Position numbers and translations under genes: made by a program. A stretch of 64,000 bases of DNA from Parcubacteria group bacterium (lineage in GTDB: Bacteria > Patescibacteriota > Minisyncoccia > Phycocordibacterales > UBA2135), in contig JACOWN010000005.1 of assembly GCA_016176785.1 (NCBI GenBank), positions 1,202-65,201 of the forward strand, in the 5' to 3' direction. The notes below the pieces were generated by a model. It searched no databases. It was not told the DNA's origin and saw only the letters and a program-made list of their open reading frames with translations. This document shows positions 59,959 to 64,000 of the stretch, piece after piece; position 1 is the first letter of the stretch, and each line of letters opens with the position of its first letter.

Positions 59959-60745
59959 CGTTTCACATGAAAACTTTTGCAAAAGAATGAGAGTATAGTT
60001 TTAATCTTCTGGGGATAACTCTGTGGATTTGTGTATAAAGGACATTGGTTGTTTTTGTCTTTTTGCTCATGATGTCCTATTTGTTCCTTTATTTTCCTGT
60101 GTTTTTATGTTATTCTAAAAAAGACAATCAAAATTAGTTTATGGTTTTCACGTGAAACATAGCGATAGTTTTCACGTGAAAACACTTTTCATGTGTAACA
60201 TACTAGTGAGTTAGTTACATGTGAAATGATTTTTCTGTGTAATAATGAAGTATCTAGATGAACTTAAGAAATTGCGTTTACATTGCGGAGAATATGCCGT
60301 TTTTGGCTCCGGACCGCTTGCGATAAGAGGATTGGTAGAAAACACCGACATTGATCTTGTCGTTAGCGGTGACTTATGGGGGAAGTTAAATAAAGAATAT
60401 CTGAAGCGTTAAAAATCGTAGTTTCATGTGTAACACATGGCTCCGCATAATAAAATCGGAACATTGGGGGAAAATATTGCTTGCCGTTATCTTGAAAATA
60501 GGGGTTTTGATATTATTGAGCGGAATTATAGAAAACCGTGGGGAGAAATTGACATTATTTCCGTAAAAAATGGTTTTCTTCATTTTATTGAGGTAAAAAC
60601 GGTTACACGTGTAACAAGCAATGGTACGCAAAGAGGAGAGTTCCGCCCCGAGGACGCGGTTCACCGGTGGAAACAAGAGAGAATGCGGCGAGTTATACAG
60701 TCATACCTATCTGATTACAAGAAAAGGAATGTTACACGTGTAACT
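59959..60745. other. parS cluster (8 sites)
   Basis: Matches to TGTTTCACGTGAAACA at 59959, 60144, 60168, 60185, 60213, 60420, 60601, 60730. Confidence 0.8.
60245..60412 (+). pseudogene. Truncated nucleotidyltransferase-like ORF (55 aa)
   Basis: MKYLDELKKL...YAVFGSGPLAIRGL..NTDIDLVV then an early stop. Confidence 0.6.
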
Positions 60746-60853
60746 GATCAAAACTCCGGAGAACAAAATTGGCAGTTTGATATAGTCGCCATTGAACTTA
60801 ATTTAGAACAAAAAACATCAAAAGTTAGATTTCTGGAACAAATGACTTTATAA
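60437..60853 (+). CDS. YraN family protein
   Basis: G..GE..A..YL...G..I.ERNY...GEIDII...FIEVK, FD.VAI. Confidence 0.92.
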   Translation: MAPHNKIGTLGENIACRYLENRGFDIIERNYRKPWGEIDIISVKNGFLHFIEVKTVTRVTSNGTQRGEFRPEDAVHRWKQERMRRVIQSYLSDYKKRNVTRVTDQNSGEQNWQFDIVAIELNLEQKTSKVRFLEQMTL

Positions 60854-60943
60854 AGGACATTTGTCCTTTATAAATGTCTTTTACAAAACATTCGGTTGCG
60901 GAACGGTGGTTTTTATTTTTGACGCGTGATATATTTCTTGCAT

Positions 60944-61014
60944 CGGGCTGTAGTATATCGGCAGTACACATGCATGGGGTGCATGTAGGCCGGGTTCGAT
61001 TCCCGGCAGCCCGA
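60944..61014 (+). tRNA. tRNA-Pro(GGG)
   Basis: CGGGCTG/CAGCCCG acceptor stem, CATGC-ATGGGGT-GCATG, GGTTCGATTCC. Confidence 0.93.
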
Positions 61015-61162
61015 ACGCAGTGAGGGATGAGCAGGCAAACTGCTTTGCCTGCGTCCGGAATCGAAAGCCGGAGCATCCCGCCAAGGGCGGGAGCGAGGCG
61101 GGGTCGCAAGTACTTATGAGCGGAGCGAATTAGTAACTTGTGACCGATTCCCGGCAGCCCGA
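61015..61162 (+). repeat. tRNA-linked element ending in an 18-bp duplication of the tRNA-Pro 3' end
   Basis: CGATTCCCGGCAGCCCGA at 60997-61014 and 61145-61162. Confidence 0.85.
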
Positions 61163-61191
61163 TATATCAGATTGGTTTAGATATTTATTCC

Positions 61192-61842
61192 ATGAAAAAA
61201 CAATTTTTTATTTCGCTGGTCATTTTTCTGGCGGTTTTTGCGTACGCCGTCATCAGATACAACGTACTTAAAGGTACTCCCTGGATTGACCTGCCTCTTT
61301 TTGTTTCCAACAAAGCTATTTCACTTTCTGCCGTCATATTCATTGCGCTCTCATATGCGCTCGGCTCCCTCGCGCGGTTTTGGCCGGAAACAATTCTTTC
61401 TGTCTTGACCTTTCGCAAATTTTTTGGATTGCTCGGCTTCGGGCTCGCGGCATTTCATGCCGCCGTCTCGCTGCTCATTTTTACGCCATCGTATTATCCG
61501 AAGTTCTTCTTGGGTGGGGAAAAACTTAACCTTACCGGAGAGCTTTCTTTATTTTTTGGTGTTTTAGCATTTTTTGTTTTTACGCTGGTAGCCATTTCCT
61601 CAATTCCCGCAGTGGCACGAGCGATGGAGCGGGAACGCTGGCTGGCAATCCAACGGTTCGGCTACCTCGGTCTTGTCCTGGTCTTTTTCCACGTGTTCGT
61701 TATGGGTTTTGAGGGGTGGCTCCGACCCGCCGGTTGGCCCGGCGGGTTGTTGCCGATAAGCCTTATTGCCGCCGTTGTCATAGCATTGGCGCTGTTATTA
61801 AAAATTGCGGCAACGATTTTTTCTAAAAAACGGATCGGATGA
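61192..61842 (+). CDS. Ferric-reductase-like transmembrane (STEAP/MsrQ-like) protein
   Basis: RKFFGLLGF....H, SIP.V...W..IQR.GY....H; six TMs. Confidence 0.8.
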   Translation: MKKQFFISLVIFLAVFAYAVIRYNVLKGTPWIDLPLFVSNKAISLSAVIFIALSYALGSLARFWPETILSVLTFRKFFGLLGFGLAAFHAAVSLLIFTPSYYPKFFLGGEKLNLTGELSLFFGVLAFFVFTLVAISSIPAVARAMERERWLAIQRFGYLGLVLVFFHVFVMGFEGWLRPAGWPGGLLPISLIAAVVIALALLLKIAATIFSKKRIG

Positions 61843-61922
61843 AAATGCGGTTGGGGAGTATGACACGCAAAAAGTCAGCTCCGCCGTCGGCGGAGCTGAC
61901 TTTTTCTGGTTCGTATTGCGCG

Positions 61923-62474
61923 CTAGCCGATCACTTCTTTTTTTATCTGCTCCCACCACGAGAGCGTGTCTTCCTGCAATTTTTTATACACGCGATCGTA
62001 AATTTCGCGGAAAAATTCGTTGCCGCCCTCAATTTCTTCGCCGCATTTCGCAAGGAGCGTGAGGCGGTCCGCCATTTTCACGATTTGCGCTTCAAGCGTT
62101 TTTGATTCGCTTTCCTCATTCCAGAGCCGCTCATAGTGGCGCGCAAGCCTCGGCGGGAGATCGCGAAATACTTCTTTGATGCTCGCCCTATTTACCCTTC
62201 GGATGGCGTCGTTCACTTCTTTTGAGTGATGCTTGAAGGGGGAAAGAATATCGCCCGAGAATATTTCGTCCATATCATGCACGAGCGCCATGGTGATCGC
62301 CTTTTCGGAATCCATTTCGTATTTCCTGTTTTTCAAAAGTTGGCAAAGAAGCGCGGTAGTGTATGCGACGTAAAAAGAGTGCGTCGCGACGTTCTCATGA
62401 AAATGCTGCGGTCGCGCGTTGAAGCGAACGATGTGCGCGAGTGACCGGTTCGCTATGTGGTCAAAAAGAGGCAT
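61923..62474 (-). CDS. HD-domain protein (YfbR-like 5'-deoxynucleotidase)
   Basis: ENVATHSF, ALVHDMDE..SGDI, EAQIVK.AD. Confidence 0.85.
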   Translation of the reverse strand: MPLFDHIANRSLAHIVRFNARPQHFHENVATHSFYVAYTTALLCQLLKNRKYEMDSEKAITMALVHDMDEIFSGDILSPFKHHSKEVNDAIRRVNRASIKEVFRDLPPRLARHYERLWNEESESKTLEAQIVKMADRLTLLAKCGEEIEGGNEFFREIYDRVYKKLQEDTLSWWEQIKKEVIG

Positions 62475-62557
62475 GCCTTAAGTATAGGGCGTACAGAACA
62501 AAGTATAAAGCGCACTGTATGGACGAAACGGTTGTTTGTTGGTAAAATTGACATAAT

Positions 62558-63313
62558 ATGTTGCAAGAACTGCAAGAATTAGGGCTTTCGGAGAAGGAAG
62601 CGCGAGTGTATCTCGCCGCTCTTGAACTTGGTAAGGCAACGGCGGATGAGATAGCGAAGCAAGCCAATATAAAACGATCAACAGCGTATGTCCAAATCGG
62701 GTCTCTCCAAAAACAGGGCCTTATGAGTTCGTACGAAGAGGGTAAAAAAACATACTTTTCTCCCGAATCGCCCGAAAATCTCCGACGCACCGTTGAGAGA
62801 CAAAAACAAAATATAGATTTTAAACAGCAGGAGCTTAACAAAATTTTGCCTGAACTCTCGCATCTTTTTGAAGGTGTTGGTGAACGACCGCGCGTGAGAT
62901 TTTTTGACGGGAAAGAGGGGATCACGAGTTTACGTGAGGAGATCTTTCATGCTAAGCGGGGGGTGGCGTATGTCATCTATTCTTTTGACGCCCTCGCTTC
63001 TATTTATTCTGAAGAAGAACTCATTGCTTTTGCGGAGAAAAGAGCCGCAAAAAAGATCCCCTTTAAATTGATTTACACACGTGAAGAAGGAAAATTCGGG
63101 TATCCTGTACGCACACCATTTACCGAACGACGTTTTATGTCGCCTGAACGCATGCCCCTGAGCGCAGACATCTTTGTGTTTGATAATCGTGTCGGCGTAA
63201 TGTCATTGAAAGGAAAAATTTTTGGTGTTCTTATTGAAAGCGAAGAAATCGCGGAAAGCATCCGAAGTATTTTTAACGTTCTTTGGAATATCGCGGAGGA
63301 GGAAGTGTCTTGA
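62558..63313 (+). CDS. TrmB family transcriptional regulator
   Basis: LGLSEKEARVYLA.LELG wHTH, RVRFFDGKEG, F..LW. Confidence 0.88.
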   Translation: MLQELQELGLSEKEARVYLAALELGKATADEIAKQANIKRSTAYVQIGSLQKQGLMSSYEEGKKTYFSPESPENLRRTVERQKQNIDFKQQELNKILPELSHLFEGVGERPRVRFFDGKEGITSLREEIFHAKRGVAYVIYSFDALASIYSEEELIAFAEKRAAKKIPFKLIYTREEGKFGYPVRTPFTERRFMSPERMPLSADIFVFDNRVGVMSLKGKIFGVLIESEEIAESIRSIFNVLWNIAEEEVS

Positions 63314-63332
63314 GTTTCTTTAAGGAAAAAAG

Positions 63333-63366
63333 TAAGGCCGCGTTGCCCTTGAGCAACGCGGCCTTT
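63333..63366. terminator. Bidirectional terminator
   Basis: AAGGCCGCGTTGC-ccttga-GCAACGCGGCCTT. Confidence 0.8.
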
Positions 63367-63381
63367 CTGCACGGCGGCTGG

Positions 63382-63444
63382 CTACCAGCCGCCGCCTCCG
63401 TCGCCGCCTTCCGTGAGAGCGGCGACCCTCTTCCTTAAGAACAC
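63382..63444 (-). CDS. 20-aa small ORF MFLRKRVAALTEGGDGGGGW
   Basis: AAGGAGGG SD 7 nt before GTG; near-consensus promoter upstream; terminator downstream. Confidence 0.6.
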   Translation of the reverse strand: MFLRKRVAALTEGGDGGGGW

Positions 63445-63508
63445 TACTCCACCCTCCTTTTTGTAGGTGGCTGCCCTAGTGCCCTAGATAGGCTGGGGCA
63501 TCTTTTGC

Positions 63509-63537
63509 ATTGTATCCGAATTCAATGATTTTGTCAA
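63509..63537 (-). promoter_or_regulatory. sigma70 promoter for the small ORF
   Basis: TTGACA-N17-TACAAT. Confidence 0.75.
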
Positions 63538-63672
63538 ATATTGCTGACGAGCGCAGTTTTCATGCAGGGCTCGTAAAATTTATGTCAAAGAATAAAAACA
63601 AAAATATTACCCATAAAAACCCTTATTTATCAACGTTTTTTTTGAGTCTTAAAAATAAAAAGGCAAAAATAC

Positions 63673-63700
63673 TTGACAAACTTTTTTGTTCGTGTATACT
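63673..63700 (+). promoter_or_regulatory. sigma70 promoter
   Basis: TTGACA-N16-TATACT with TG upstream of the -10. Confidence 0.7.
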
Positions 63701-63706
63701 GCCATC

Positions 63707-64000
63707 AGGAAATGACGAGAGGGCTCGCGGCGACTATGCCAGCGTGCCCTTTCATTTGGGTTCTTGCGGAGGAGCCCTCACGCGAGAACCCAAATATGAG
63801 GGTGCGCAAGATTGAAAAATAAGCGTTTTGCGGCATTACAACAGCACGCGGGGCACAGAGGAATATCCTCCCCATAAAACAAAAGGCCCGTACAGCGTGC
63901 AAAAGCCGAAAAATCCTTATTTTACAAATGAAACGCACCCCGGAGAAGAGGTCGAGCATTACGAGTGTTCATAATTGCCGTTCTTTGAGTAATTTCATAG
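63707..64000 (+). ncRNA. Large structured RNA or leader, probably continuing past the window
   Basis: Long hairpin 63737-63812, potential 8-bp pseudoknot, nested multi-stem 63816-63925, no convincing ORF. Confidence 0.45.

Overview
Chromosomal segment of a Patescibacteria (CPR, probably Parcubacteria) genome spanning the replication origin. The lineage call is inferred from gene content: dnaA-dnaN with divergent rpmH-rnpA-yidD-yidC-jag, short polA, PilB, a VirB4/PrgI/VirB6/pilin cluster, DPYREP-tailed and TrmB proteins. Most of the window is housekeeping (ruvABC, polA, holA, pcrA, polX, comM, pnp, cca, tyrS, PBP1A, murE) plus four tRNAs. The main unexplained structure is at 57.0-59.9 kb: three single-gene cassettes stacked behind tRNA-Gly. 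Each starts at a copy of the tRNA 3' end, carries three GGTTCTAAC motifs (the first two at fixed spacing), and has its own promoter, SD and terminator, with no integrase inside. Also found: a family of tRNA-3'-linked elements containing anti-tRNA sequence, a 6S-like RNA, a DnaA-box-overlapped ncRNA, an 8-site parS cluster, a 20-aa ORF with its own promoter and terminator, a large structured RNA at the right edge, dispersed 7-nt-period microrepeats related to a four-helix-bundle gene, and apparent widespread leaderless transcription. All calls are by eye; no searches were run.
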